A stretch of 64,000 nucleotides of DNA from Candidatus Woesearchaeota archaeon. GTDB lineage: Archaea > Nanobdellota > Nanobdellia > Pacearchaeales > GW2011-AR1. Below, in pieces: positions 26,686-35,609 of this stretch. Location: NCBI GenBank assembly GCA_964573625.1, contig CAZNJU010000001.1, positions 673,510 through 737,509 on the forward strand, read 5' to 3'. Under the pieces are notes generated by a model that saw nothing but the letters and a program-made list of their open reading frames with translations, had not been told where the DNA came from and ran no database searches. The translations under genes were made by a program, and so were the position numbers. The first letter of the stretch is position 1. The number at the start of each line of letters is the position of its first letter.

Positions 26686-26802
26686 CTCTCAAAAAGTCAG
26701 ATTCCTGTAAGATGAAGGAGTAAGAAGATCAGTTTCTAGTAAGTTTATGAGTTATACAAGTTTTAAGTTATGTTTATCGTGTGAAAGGAGGATAGTAGAA
26801 TA

Positions 26803-27081
26803 ATGGCATTTGGAGATAACAGAGGCGGCGGAGGCGGAGGCTTCAGACGCGGAGGAGGCGGCTTCAACCGAGGAGGTGGAGGCGGCGGATTCCGACGACC
26901 TTCTTTCGGTCCACGTGAAATGCATAAGATAATTTGCAGTGAATGTGGTAAAGAAGGAGAAGTTCCGTTCAAACCTCGTGAAGGTGCTCCAGTCTTCTGC
27001 AGAGATTGCTTTGCAAAGAAGAATGGAAGAACCTCACGACCTGAAGGATCATCAGACGAATCAAGTTCTGAAGAAATGTAA
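26803..27081 (+). CDS. RGG-rich CxxC-x17-CxxC zinc-finger protein (paralog of 1645..2034)
   Basis: GPREMHKIICSECGKEGEVPFKPREGAPVFCRDCF. Confidence 0.88.
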   Translation: MAFGDNRGGGGGGFRRGGGGFNRGGGGGGFRRPSFGPREMHKIICSECGKEGEVPFKPREGAPVFCRDCFAKKNGRTSRPEGSSDESSSEEM

Positions 27082-27089
27082 GAACCTGA

Positions 27090-27118
27090 TTTAATTTTTA
27101 TTTTTTTATTTATATTTT
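27090..27118 (+). terminator. Oligo-T archaeal-type terminator
   Basis: Several T runs (TTTTTATTTTTTATTTTATATTTT) right after the stop codon. Confidence 0.55.
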
Positions 27119-27229
27119 CATTCTAGCGCCTTTTTCAGGCGCAGGTCAGAAGTGCGACCATTACGTGTAAAATCGGTAAGTATCTTTAGAGTAAATAAAA
27201 GTTTAAATAGCCTCAGAAAATAAAACTGA

Positions 27230-27649
27230 ATGGCTGAGGAAGCAACCCAAGTTAATATTGATACGCGATGCAAGCGTTTTCTTGAATATATAAAAAAGAA
27301 CACAACTGGCGCGATTAAAATAGGTTCTTCTAGTCCTCCAGAAAATTATGAACACTTCCAAGCTTACCGCGTTAACGTAGGTACAGACCAAATAGGGTAT
27401 CTACTTGAAGGAAAAAAGCAAGGCTTAGTAATGTATCTAGGAAAAGTACCCGGTGCATCGGCCAAGGCAATTCGAGAAAATGATGGAAAAACAAGTACCA
27501 TAGTAAATCCTCAAACTCAAGAGATTCGCATGGAGTACTATCCAAAACTCACATATGAAATTTCAGTTAAAGATGCTCAAGGCAAGAGCAAACTAGAGAG
27601 GAAAGTGGGTGCTCGATGTGATGGTTGGAGCAGTATACCTTTTCCATAA
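27230..27649 (+). CDS. Hypothetical protein
   Basis: Open frame with a TTTAAATA box ~28 nt upstream. Confidence 0.6.
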   Translation: MAEEATQVNIDTRCKRFLEYIKKNTTGAIKIGSSSPPENYEHFQAYRVNVGTDQIGYLLEGKKQGLVMYLGKVPGASAKAIRENDGKTSTIVNPQTQEIRMEYYPKLTYEISVKDAQGKSKLERKVGARCDGWSSIPFP

Positions 27650-27658
27650 ATAATAGTT

Positions 27659-30112
27659 CTAAAAAACAAGAAAACTCACACGAGTCGTCGTTATTCCATA
27701 TCCTTCTCTGACACGTCGTCTTTTATATCGTTTTAACATAATCAGTGAAATAACTCCTATAACAATTACAATTAAGCCGATAATTATTACATAAGAAGAA
27801 ATTCCTTTCTTGAATAAATTATCTGTCGTTGCAGTTTCATTAGATTCTAAATTTGTGGAAACACTTTCAGCGGGAATAGTAGCTGTAGAAATGTCTTGAA
27901 TAAATATTGAAGCTAATCCTGCAACCATGCCATTATATTCGATTTTCAAATCAGGGTTAGAGTCCCCTGTCAAATCAACAAACATAGGAACGTCTTTAAC
28001 TAATTCAAGAATTGTCGGAGTCGATCGAAGTGTAACTTTCGCGGTTGTTGGCGTATAAGAATTAAGAGTTAGATTATGTCCTTGTCCCAAATAGCTAAAT
28101 CTGTATACATCTCCAACGCGAAGATCATGAGAATATCCTTTCTTCAATGAATTGGCATCAATATCATGAATCGCAGAAGCTCCTCCACCGCCACCCCCTC
28201 CTGAACTTCCTCCTCCTGAGCTACCCCCTGAGCTAGTAGAAGCAGTGTAAAATAATGTGTAGTTCGTTTCGTTAAAAGAGCTATGCATAGTATCAGTAAC
28301 AAAATAGTTCCATGAAAAATTACCATCATATGGCAAAGTTACCGAAGTTGTCGCATTATCGCTTGTCCCGTTCAAACTAGAAGTGGTCTGACTAATTAAA
28401 TCGCCTGTTGAATTCCATAAATATACGGTGGCGTTAATCAAAGGGTATTCTGAAGTAAATGATCCTTGGAATCCAACCGGACTACTTGAGACACTTGCAT
28501 TTGCAGAAGGGCTGTTGAGAGATATTCCTAACAGAGACTGCCGTATAGTCATAAACCAGTCAGGAGTTTGATTCGTGGCGGAAGCATTGTTAGTAACATT
28601 TGCAAAAGCAAAGAAAGTATATTCTGAATTAATCTCACCCGTGGCGTTAACCCAAAAAGTCACGATCTGCGATTCTCCTTGATTCAAAGAAATGTTTATT
28701 GGGTTGCTACCGTTAGTATAAAACGGTGTAGCTCCCGTCGTATTAGAAATAAGGGTTTTCTGAGGGTGCGTGACGTTGCCAAAACGATAAAGATTAGTTC
28801 CGTCTGAAGCATAAATGTATCCATTTGAAGCAATCATATTGTTAAGAGAACTGTTTTTAGTAATAACGTTGCTTATATTAGAAGCGTTGAGTTGATAACT
28901 TCCTATAAATACAGAGTCACGAGTCACGAGAGGATTATGGTTCGCTCCTGAGAGACCAGTAGTTGTAAAATTAGCAATCTGCTTAGTTACGTTAGAGGCA
29001 TTAACTTGATAGACAAGGCTGTTTCCCGACACATAGAAATAGACACACCCATTACCTATCCCTATAGAAGAGCTAAAGCTCTTAGATATAGAAAAGTTAG
29101 CAAACCATATACTGATATTAGTTGCGTTCACCTGTACAAGAGTCATATTCGAATTTGAGCCTCCTGCTTCAGAAGCGAGATAGACATATCCTCCTGAAAC
29201 TACCGGATATGTGTAATGGGCAGGTGCGCCTGAGAAAGTAGTTCCCATACCAATAGTATTGTATGTCTGACTGACATTGGAAGCATTAAATTGAACTAGC
29301 GAAGTACCTGCGAAATAATACCCATTTTCATTATCTATAGCAACTGATCCAAATCTAGCCGTGCCGCCATTTGTCGAGTTAGCAATCTGCTGAGTAAAGT
29401 TAGAGGCGTTGAGTTGAAATAATGCAGACGGAGTAATAAGATAAACAAATTTATTAGAAACTACAAACGAGCCTCGAACAGTGGCAAGATTCCCTCCGCT
29501 AGCCATAGGAGTAGAGAAATTAGCAATCTGTTGTGTAACATTAGAAGCGTTCAACTGATATGAAACGTTTCCAGCATGGTTCACAACATATATGTATCCG
29601 TCAGATATAGCTGGCGTTGAAGTTGCCCCGCCAGGCAACGAAAAGTTAGCAATTAACTGACTAATATTAGAAGCATTAAATTGAAAGACTCCGCCTAGAT
29701 TAATATAAACATATCCATTCCATGTGATGGGATATGCAAAAGAGCTGAACGCCTGTACCGAAGGAATACTCGTGCTAACAATAGTCGTGTCAGAGATGTT
29801 TCCAGGCACAACTCCTGGATTAAACCCTGTACGATTCAAATACCCTGCTTGCATAGTCCATTCATTACTATTTGATTGTGAACTCCCAGCAACCGGGTCA
29901 AGACTAACAGTCATCGGGCCACATGTACCTACCGTGCAACTAACATTTAAAGTAACATTAAAGAACAAACTTCTTGGAACAGAAAGACTTCCTGAAGGGT
30001 AGAGGACATTAATTCCAATATTCTGCGCACTTACAAAACTAAAAAAAACACAGGTAATAATAAAAAATTCAATCCATAACCACCCTTTTCTCATAAAAGC
30101 AAGGAGTAGCAA
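27659..30112 (-). CDS. Surface glycoprotein with a PQQ-like beta-propeller, Ig-like domain and C-terminal TM anchor
   Basis: Signal peptide (start likely MRKGW, ~30094); seven Q[FLV]NA[ST]N.. blades with P...GYVY strands; Gly linker; TM plus KRYKRRR. Confidence 0.75.
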   Translation of the reverse strand: MLLLAFMRKGWLWIEFFIITCVFFSFVSAQNIGINVLYPSGSLSVPRSLFFNVTLNVSCTVGTCGPMTVSLDPVAGSSQSNSNEWTMQAGYLNRTGFNPGVVPGNISDTTIVSTSIPSVQAFSSFAYPITWNGYVYINLGGVFQFNASNISQLIANFSLPGGATSTPAISDGYIYVVNHAGNVSYQLNASNVTQQIANFSTPMASGGNLATVRGSFVVSNKFVYLITPSALFQLNASNFTQQIANSTNGGTARFGSVAIDNENGYYFAGTSLVQFNASNVSQTYNTIGMGTTFSGAPAHYTYPVVSGGYVYLASEAGGSNSNMTLVQVNATNISIWFANFSISKSFSSSIGIGNGCVYFYVSGNSLVYQVNASNVTKQIANFTTTGLSGANHNPLVTRDSVFIGSYQLNASNISNVITKNSSLNNMIASNGYIYASDGTNLYRFGNVTHPQKTLISNTTGATPFYTNGSNPINISLNQGESQIVTFWVNATGEINSEYTFFAFANVTNNASATNQTPDWFMTIRQSLLGISLNSPSANASVSSSPVGFQGSFTSEYPLINATVYLWNSTGDLISQTTSSLNGTSDNATTSVTLPYDGNFSWNYFVTDTMHSSFNETNYTLFYTASTSSGGSSGGGSSGGGGGGGASAIHDIDANSLKKGYSHDLRVGDVYRFSYLGQGHNLTLNSYTPTTAKVTLRSTPTILELVKDVPMFVDLTGDSNPDLKIEYNGMVAGLASIFIQDISTATIPAESVSTNLESNETATTDNLFKKGISSYVIIIGLIVIVIGVISLIMLKRYKRRRVREGYGITTTRVSFLVF

Positions 30113-30124
30113 TTATTTAAAAAC

Positions 30125-31513
30125 CTACCGTGGTGTCAGACGGTAGCCTTCAGAAGTGTCCTCGATGACATATCCTTTATCTTTTAACACGTCACGCAGT
30201 TGATCTGATTTTTTCCAATCCTTTGCTTTTCGTGCCGCTTCTCGCTCTTTCGCAAGTTGCATAATTTCACCAGGAATTGCCGTTATAGATTCTTTCATGT
30301 TAACTATATCCAGTCCAAAAACTTCGTCGAATTCTTCCAATAACGCAAGTTTTTTCTTAGAATCAAAGGAATCATCTTCAACGACTTTCCAGATGACATG
30401 CATAGCTGCAGGCATATTCAAATCATCGTTAATGCTCTGAACAAATTGACTTACGTAATCTTTAGATTTGTTCTCTCCTTTTAATTTGCTTGAGCGAAGT
30501 TCAATGACCTTTCTTTTCATTCGCTCATATGCATTTCGCGCGGCATCAAGATGTTCAAGCGAGAAATCAAGAGGCTTACGATAATGCGTAAGAAGGCACA
30601 AGTATCGATAATGTTCCGGCTTGTAACCTATTTCCTCAAGTTCACTTACGGTATAAAGTCCTCCCTTCGATTTAGATACTTTCTCACCTTTAAACGTGAG
30701 AAACGCGCCGTGTAACCAATAATTAACGAACTTCTTTCCTGTTGCACCCTCACTCTGAGCAATCTCATTGGTATGATGTACAGGTATATGATCTTCTCCT
30801 CCGGTATGAATATCGAAATGTACTCCCAAATATTTCATGCTCATTGCAGAACACTCTATATGCCATCCAGGATACCCTAGACCCCATGGTGAATCCCATT
30901 CTTGTTGTCTCGTTCCGGGTTGATCAGAAAATTTCCATAACGCAAAATCAGTCTTATTGCGCTTCTCACCGACCGAAACTCGTTTTCCTGCTTCAAGGCC
31001 CCCAATATTCAATTTTGCAAAGGCACTATAATTTTTGAATTTCATGCTGTCATAGTAAATGCCGTCACTCGTCTTATACGTTAGACCTTTTTTCTCCAAT
31101 TTCTGAATAAGTTTAATCTGCTCAGAAATATGCTCAGTCGCTTTACACCAGATACTAGGTTCACGTATCTCTAACTTATGCATATCCTCTCTGAATACCT
31201 TAAAATAATAGTCTGCAATTTCACGTGCAGTCTTGTGCTCTTTGGTTGCCGCCTCCTCCATCTTGTCACGCCCCACATCTCCATCACCTACAAGGTGACC
31301 TACATCAGTTACATTCATTACATGTTTTACCTTGAATTTATTATATTCAAGCGTTCTTCTTAGTATATCAGAAAAAATGTACGTTCTCAAATTCCCAATA
31401 TGTTGATACCAATACACGGTTGGACCACATGTGTACAGTCCTACCTGCCCTTTTTTGATAGGCTTAAATTCTTCCTTTTTACGCGTTAGCGTGTTATAGA
31501 GGAATAGCTTCAT
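30125..31513 (-). CDS. cysS: Cysteinyl-tRNA synthetase
   Basis: LYTCGPTVY..HIGN, DFALWK, PGWHIECSAMS and KVSKS; start moved to MKLFLYNTL. Confidence 0.96.
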   Translation of the reverse strand: MKLFLYNTLTRKKEEFKPIKKGQVGLYTCGPTVYWYQHIGNLRTYIFSDILRRTLEYNKFKVKHVMNVTDVGHLVGDGDVGRDKMEEAATKEHKTAREIADYYFKVFREDMHKLEIREPSIWCKATEHISEQIKLIQKLEKKGLTYKTSDGIYYDSMKFKNYSAFAKLNIGGLEAGKRVSVGEKRNKTDFALWKFSDQPGTRQQEWDSPWGLGYPGWHIECSAMSMKYLGVHFDIHTGGEDHIPVHHTNEIAQSEGATGKKFVNYWLHGAFLTFKGEKVSKSKGGLYTVSELEEIGYKPEHYRYLCLLTHYRKPLDFSLEHLDAARNAYERMKRKVIELRSSKLKGENKSKDYVSQFVQSINDDLNMPAAMHVIWKVVEDDSFDSKKKLALLEEFDEVFGLDIVNMKESITAIPGEIMQLAKEREAARKAKDWKKSDQLRDVLKDKGYVIEDTSEGYRLTPR

Positions 31514-31535
31514 GCAGTACGTACGAAAATGGCAG

Positions 31536-32468
31536 TTATAAGAGTTTCTCCACGAACCCGTTAATATCTGCAATAGTTTTTAATTGCATAAATGTCCCGC
31601 GCAGTTTAGCAGCTCCATCGACCCCTCGTAAGAAGTATCCTCCGAGCGATTTAATTCTTGGTAGTTCAACAACATCATGCTTTTTCGCAAGTTCAAGATA
31701 TTCTAAGAAAAGACGTATATTTTTCTTAAAATCCCGTTCCTGCTCTTTCCCTGTCTGTAGATAATGTAACACTCGAGAGAAAATAAGAGGATCTCCAATA
31801 GCTGCACGCGCAATCATCACACCGTCAGCACAGTCAAGCATGGCTCCAGCTTTTTCACCAGAATCAACATCACCATTGCCAATTACAGGAATGCCTATAT
31901 GCCGTTTAACATCTGCAATCCACTTCCACTGTGCTGGCACTTTATAGCTTTCATGTGAAAGACGAGCGTGTAGCGTGAGTGCATCAGCGCCTGCTTTCTC
32001 AACCGCTTTTGCCACGGTCAACACATTATTCTTCTTAAAACCTAAACGAATTTTAGCTGTGGCAACGTAGCCTGCATCTTTTAATACCTCAATATATCGT
32101 GCAATCTTCAACGGCGTTTTAAGCAGATAACTGCCGGAAGCATTATCCATTATCCTTATAGAAGGACATCCACAATTAATATCAACAATCTCAAACTTCT
32201 TTAAGTAAGGCACGACTTTCTTGAAATCAGCAACACGCGGCCCAGTTATTTGAATCCCACTTGGTGAGTCTTCACGTGATGTTTTTAACATGTTCAACGT
32301 TTTCTTATTTTCATGTAATATCGCGCCGATGTTTAACATCTCAGTATAAGTCATTGCTGCGCCAGCACGACGGCATATCAGTCTATAGGGCAAGTCTGTA
32401 ACATCAACCATGGGCGCAAGAAATAAAGGATTAGCAAGTTTAACGTGTCCAATAGATAGCGATTTCAT
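31536..32468 (-). CDS. dus: tRNA-dihydrouridine synthase (Dus family)
   Basis: LAPM..VTD.PYR, DINCGCP, KIRLG, LHAR, GNGD and GVMIARAA.GDP. Confidence 0.92.
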   Translation of the reverse strand: MKSLSIGHVKLANPLFLAPMVDVTDLPYRLICRRAGAAMTYTEMLNIGAILHENKKTLNMLKTSREDSPSGIQITGPRVADFKKVVPYLKKFEIVDINCGCPSIRIMDNASGSYLLKTPLKIARYIEVLKDAGYVATAKIRLGFKKNNVLTVAKAVEKAGADALTLHARLSHESYKVPAQWKWIADVKRHIGIPVIGNGDVDSGEKAGAMLDCADGVMIARAAIGDPLIFSRVLHYLQTGKEQERDFKKNIRLFLEYLELAKKHDVVELPRIKSLGGYFLRGVDGAAKLRGTFMQLKTIADINGFVEKLL

Positions 32469-32505
32469 AATTAAAAAGAGAAAAGCAAGTTAATAAAATC
32501 GCGGT

Positions 32506-33585
32506 TTAGTTATTCCACATATCAACAATCAATTCAAGTTGTCTATGTGGGTTGTGCCAATAATCTGCTCTTCTATCTTTGAAAGGGCGTGGATGATGAG
32601 GTATTTCAAAGCCAAATGTTTTTTGAACATTTTCATACATAACTTGACGAATCTGAGGATTACTAAATCCAACTTCGTGTAAGTAAGCCTGTACCCATGG
32701 AAGCCAGGGCATGCCTACAATGCCAGAAGCATACGCTTCAAGTTTATCTTTATCTGTATGCGGTGCATGGTCTGTTTCTATCCAATCAATATGTCCCTTT
32801 CGTAAATATTCCAGCATGCTGTGCTGACTTTCAGGCTTTCGTAAAGGGGGATTCATCTTCCAGAGAACCCCATTTTCTTGCTGCATCAAGGTCCAGTCGT
32901 ACAAAAGATGATGTGGTGTAATTCCTGAGGTTATTTTCATTTTCTGCTTGCGAGCACCTTTTACTAATTCAACACTCATTGGAGAAGAGATATGTGTGAT
33001 GTGCAATGTTCCCTTAAATCCGGTAGTATATGCAAGAGCGATTTGATCTTTAACAGATTCAATTTCAGAAGCTTCAGGGCGCACTACACAAGAATGTGAC
33101 ACCGGAATCATTGGATTCCATTCTCTGTCTTTAATAAAATGTTGTTTTTCAGGATGAACTGCCAACACTCCTTCATACCCTTCTCTTGCTAAAGTCGCGT
33201 ATACATTATATTCATCTTGAACTTCAATAACTCCTAAATTATTAGTTGAATGTCCTGCATACATTTTGAAACCTACAAGGCCTGGACTAGTAACATGCAA
33301 ATTGCGCCGATTATAAACATCTACCGCTTTCTTAACCTGTTCAGAATCTTTTGTAAGCACCATGTAAACACCGTATGTAACTTCGGGAATATCTGCTTCT
33401 CTAGCAAGTTTAAATCGTTCATCAATAACCTCTTCAGTGATTCCAGGAGGACTAGTATTAAGCATATCAAAAACAGCATCAATACCTGTGTCACGAGCAA
33501 CCTCGAGACCATGCTTAACCGTTTCCTTAGCAGATTCGTTAAAATCTCGCAAATGAACATGAGGGTCAATAAACTTAAAGTCCAT
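32506..33585 (-). CDS. pyrC: Dihydroorotase / cyclic amidohydrolase family
   Basis: IDPHVHLR, HITHIS, TPHHL, KMNPPLR and TDHAPH. Confidence 0.8.
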   Translation of the reverse strand: MDFKFIDPHVHLRDFNESAKETVKHGLEVARDTGIDAVFDMLNTSPPGITEEVIDERFKLAREADIPEVTYGVYMVLTKDSEQVKKAVDVYNRRNLHVTSPGLVGFKMYAGHSTNNLGVIEVQDEYNVYATLAREGYEGVLAVHPEKQHFIKDREWNPMIPVSHSCVVRPEASEIESVKDQIALAYTTGFKGTLHITHISSPMSVELVKGARKQKMKITSGITPHHLLYDWTLMQQENGVLWKMNPPLRKPESQHSMLEYLRKGHIDWIETDHAPHTDKDKLEAYASGIVGMPWLPWVQAYLHEVGFSNPQIRQVMYENVQKTFGFEIPHHPRPFKDRRADYWHNPHRQLELIVDMWNN

Positions 33586-33670
33586 AGATTTTCTATATCG
33601 CTCGGCTATAAAAAGATGATTGTATAAAAAACACCCATATCTTTTTATAATGCTTCCTTCACGTATAATT

Positions 33671-33997
33671 ATGGAAAAAGATATTGATAGAATTCAAAAG
33701 AACCAAGAAACAGATATTGTGATTCGCATCGATGATTTTAACGGTAAGAAAGGTCTCACGATCCGTGAGTTCGTTAAGTCAGAAAGATACACGGGCTTTA
33801 CAAAGGCAGGTACACGTATTCCTGCAGATAAATTCAAGATTTTCAAGCAGGCCATCAATTCAATAGACGAAAAAGATCTTGAAGGTGCTGCCGAGACTCA
33901 ATCAAGCTTCCCAGCAAAATCAGCACCAACTCCTGAAAAGAAAGACGTAAAAAAGGCAAAAGTTTCAACCGAGGAGATAGAGGAAGTTGAGTTCTAA
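33671..33997 (+). CDS. PC4/YdbC-like ssDNA-binding protein
   Basis: IVIRIDDFNGKKGLTIREFV...YTGFTKAGTRIP; start moved to MEKDID. Confidence 0.65.
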   Translation: MEKDIDRIQKNQETDIVIRIDDFNGKKGLTIREFVKSERYTGFTKAGTRIPADKFKIFKQAINSIDEKDLEGAAETQSSFPAKSAPTPEKKDVKKAKVSTEEIEEVEF

Positions 33998-34205
33998 CGC
34001 AATTGCAATCATTGAGCGAACTATTGAATATGCAACCGGGTCAAGTATTACATATTTTCGTGACACTCCTCTAAGCATTCAACGAGAAGCAGCTGAACGT
34101 GCTCATGGAAAACCTACAAGCGTCTCATGTCTGCCTTCAGAAAGAGGTTATTTTCTTACTTCAGAACAAGTTAATCAATTAGTAGATAAAGCATTACGAG
34201 CATAG
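33987..34205 (+). CDS. Small hypothetical protein
   Basis: Fills the gap between neighbours with short overlaps; plausible helical protein. Confidence 0.55.
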   Translation: MSSNAIAIIERTIEYATGSSITYFRDTPLSIQREAAERAHGKPTSVSCLPSERGYFLTSEQVNQLVDKALRA

Positions 34206-34445
34206 TTCTTTTTTCGGACGCGCGTCTTTCCAATCAGTAGGAAACGTCACAAGACCTGAAATCGGTCGCATACTCTTTACTTCGGTTCCAGAGCATTCAA
34301 TCAAATAGTCCTGACAAGCATTATTCTCACATAATGCTTCAGTGTACGTTTTCTCAAAAGTCTCTGAATTACTGAAATGGAATACTACAAAAAAAGAGAG
34401 ACAACTAAGCACCAGTAGGAGCAGGATCTTCATCAACACTATCAT
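34194..34445 (-). CDS. Small secreted Cys-containing hypothetical protein
   Basis: N-terminal hydrophobic segment; YTEALC...C.DY.I.C motif. Confidence 0.6.
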   Translation of the reverse strand: MIVLMKILLLLVLSCLSFFVVFHFSNSETFEKTYTEALCENNACQDYLIECSGTEVKSMRPISGLVTFPTDWKDARPKKELCS

Positions 34446-34770
34446 CCTGAGACGCGACTAAATCATCACCAATTTGCTCTTCTAATTGCGAAGCGCGTTC
34501 ACGTTGAATTGCAGCCCACGCCTTTGGAAACGCTTTAATCAGTAAGTGAGTTAAACGTTCAGGATTATATGATAAAACCCCTTCTTTAGATATCTGTCCT
34601 ACTGCGAGATAACGCACACGAGGCCAATCGCATTCCAACTTCATTCCAATAAATCGAGTGTATTCTGCCGGGGCAGTTAAAAGCTGAACAACATATTTAT
34701 CTTTCCCACTCTTTGAATTGAAAAGCTTTGCCTGATAAGAAGATTGTTGATCGCTAGTAATATCAGCCAT
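34405..34770 (-). CDS. Hypothetical protein
   Basis: Open frame with a TTTAAA box ~25 nt upstream. Confidence 0.55.
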   Translation of the reverse strand: MADITSDQQSSYQAKLFNSKSGKDKYVVQLLTAPAEYTRFIGMKLECDWPRVRYLAVGQISKEGVLSYNPERLTHLLIKAFPKAWAAIQRERASQLEEQIGDDLVASQDDSVDEDPAPTGA

Positions 34771-34847
34771 AAAACAACTAAGGCTGAAGCTTTAAAAATA
34801 CGCTTGCGTTGGAAAATATATTACCTTTGGACAAATTAAAAGAGCAA

Positions 34848-35237
34848 TCAAATAGCTATAACTTCGGCTGGTCTACTTAGCCTTCTTTCAAGTGTCTTAG
34901 CCACTGATTGGATATTCTGTCTTTGTTTCGGATCCATTAATTGAATTTTGAGAGTATCTCCAAGTCTCAACGCACTATCTGGATGTATCTGTCCTGCAAC
35001 ATCTAAATCCTGCACTATTTCTCCAACATACCTTACATAAGGAAATAGACCTAGAAATCTCTTTTCTTGAGTTATCATGTGTGTAAAGATCTGGCCAAGC
35101 ATAGCGTCCTCCATGTATCGAGGAATGAGACCTACTTTCGCAAATTCTTCTCTCAATATACTATCATAATCGTGTAGTTGAGTTATTTGTGCCACACTAA
35201 TTCTTAATCCTACTATATTTAAATATTCGCCAGCCAA
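34848..35237 (-). CDS. Hypothetical protein
   Basis: TTG start; TTATAA box ~30 nt upstream. Confidence 0.5.
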   Translation of the reverse strand: MAGEYLNIVGLRISVAQITQLHDYDSILREEFAKVGLIPRYMEDAMLGQIFTHMITQEKRFLGLFPYVRYVGEIVQDLDVAGQIHPDSALRLGDTLKIQLMDPKQRQNIQSVAKTLERRLSRPAEVIAI

Positions 35238-35294
35238 TCAAATCAGTTTCTGACTACCTAGATTACCTTATAAGCAATATCTTAGATTTATAGT

Positions 35295-35549
35295 TTAGTC
35301 TAACAAACCTTCTATAGTAGTTTTAACCTCTAAATTTCGTTTAGGATCTCCCGCTTGCTTAGATTGTCTAAAAGCCAATTTAAAAGAGTCTAAGTAAGAA
35401 GCTGTGAGGCCTGTTTTTTCAAAATGATCTTTGTAACGAGAATCAATTTCCTCATAAACTCTAAATTTCTCTCCATCTATCTCAAGAGTACCTTGCGGAT
35501 CAGGGTTAACTCTAAGCAAATAAATTATTTCTTTTTCGCCTTCAGTCAT
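35295..35549 (-). CDS. Hypothetical protein
   Basis: Start moved to MTEGEKE (35549) to avoid overlap with aIF5B; TTTAAA box upstream. Confidence 0.5.
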   Translation of the reverse strand: MTEGEKEIIYLLRVNPDPQGTLEIDGEKFRVYEEIDSRYKDHFEKTGLTASYLDSFKLAFRQSKQAGDPKRNLEVKTTIEGLLD

Positions 35550-35609
35550 ATAAACAAAGCTTAGAATTGATTTAAAAACCTTTTTAATACCTATTTCGTA
35601 CTCTTTTCT

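Noticed and set aside
26821..26895. GGC/GGA/GGT runs here and at ~1660-1740, 19365, 28190, 44860, 52750 and 54760 as microsatellites
   Set aside because: They are mixed Gly codons of RGG regions and linkers; the antisense poly-Pro ORFs are shadows
27126..27159. Two small hairpins (GCGCCT/AGGCGC and GGTC/GACC) as a tRNA fragment or ncRNA
   Set aside because: No cloverleaf, T-loop or upstream promoter; the stems are short enough to arise by chance
31514..31573. ORF-track N-terminal extension of CysRS (likewise 33620-33670, 35550-35657 and 55558-55713)
   Set aside because: The extensions overlap neighbouring genes or promoters; downstream ATGs fit family N-termini and TATA spacing
33987..35549. 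Orphan cluster as a provirus or mobile element
   Set aside because: No integrase, att repeats, terminal repeats or virion genes are recognisable
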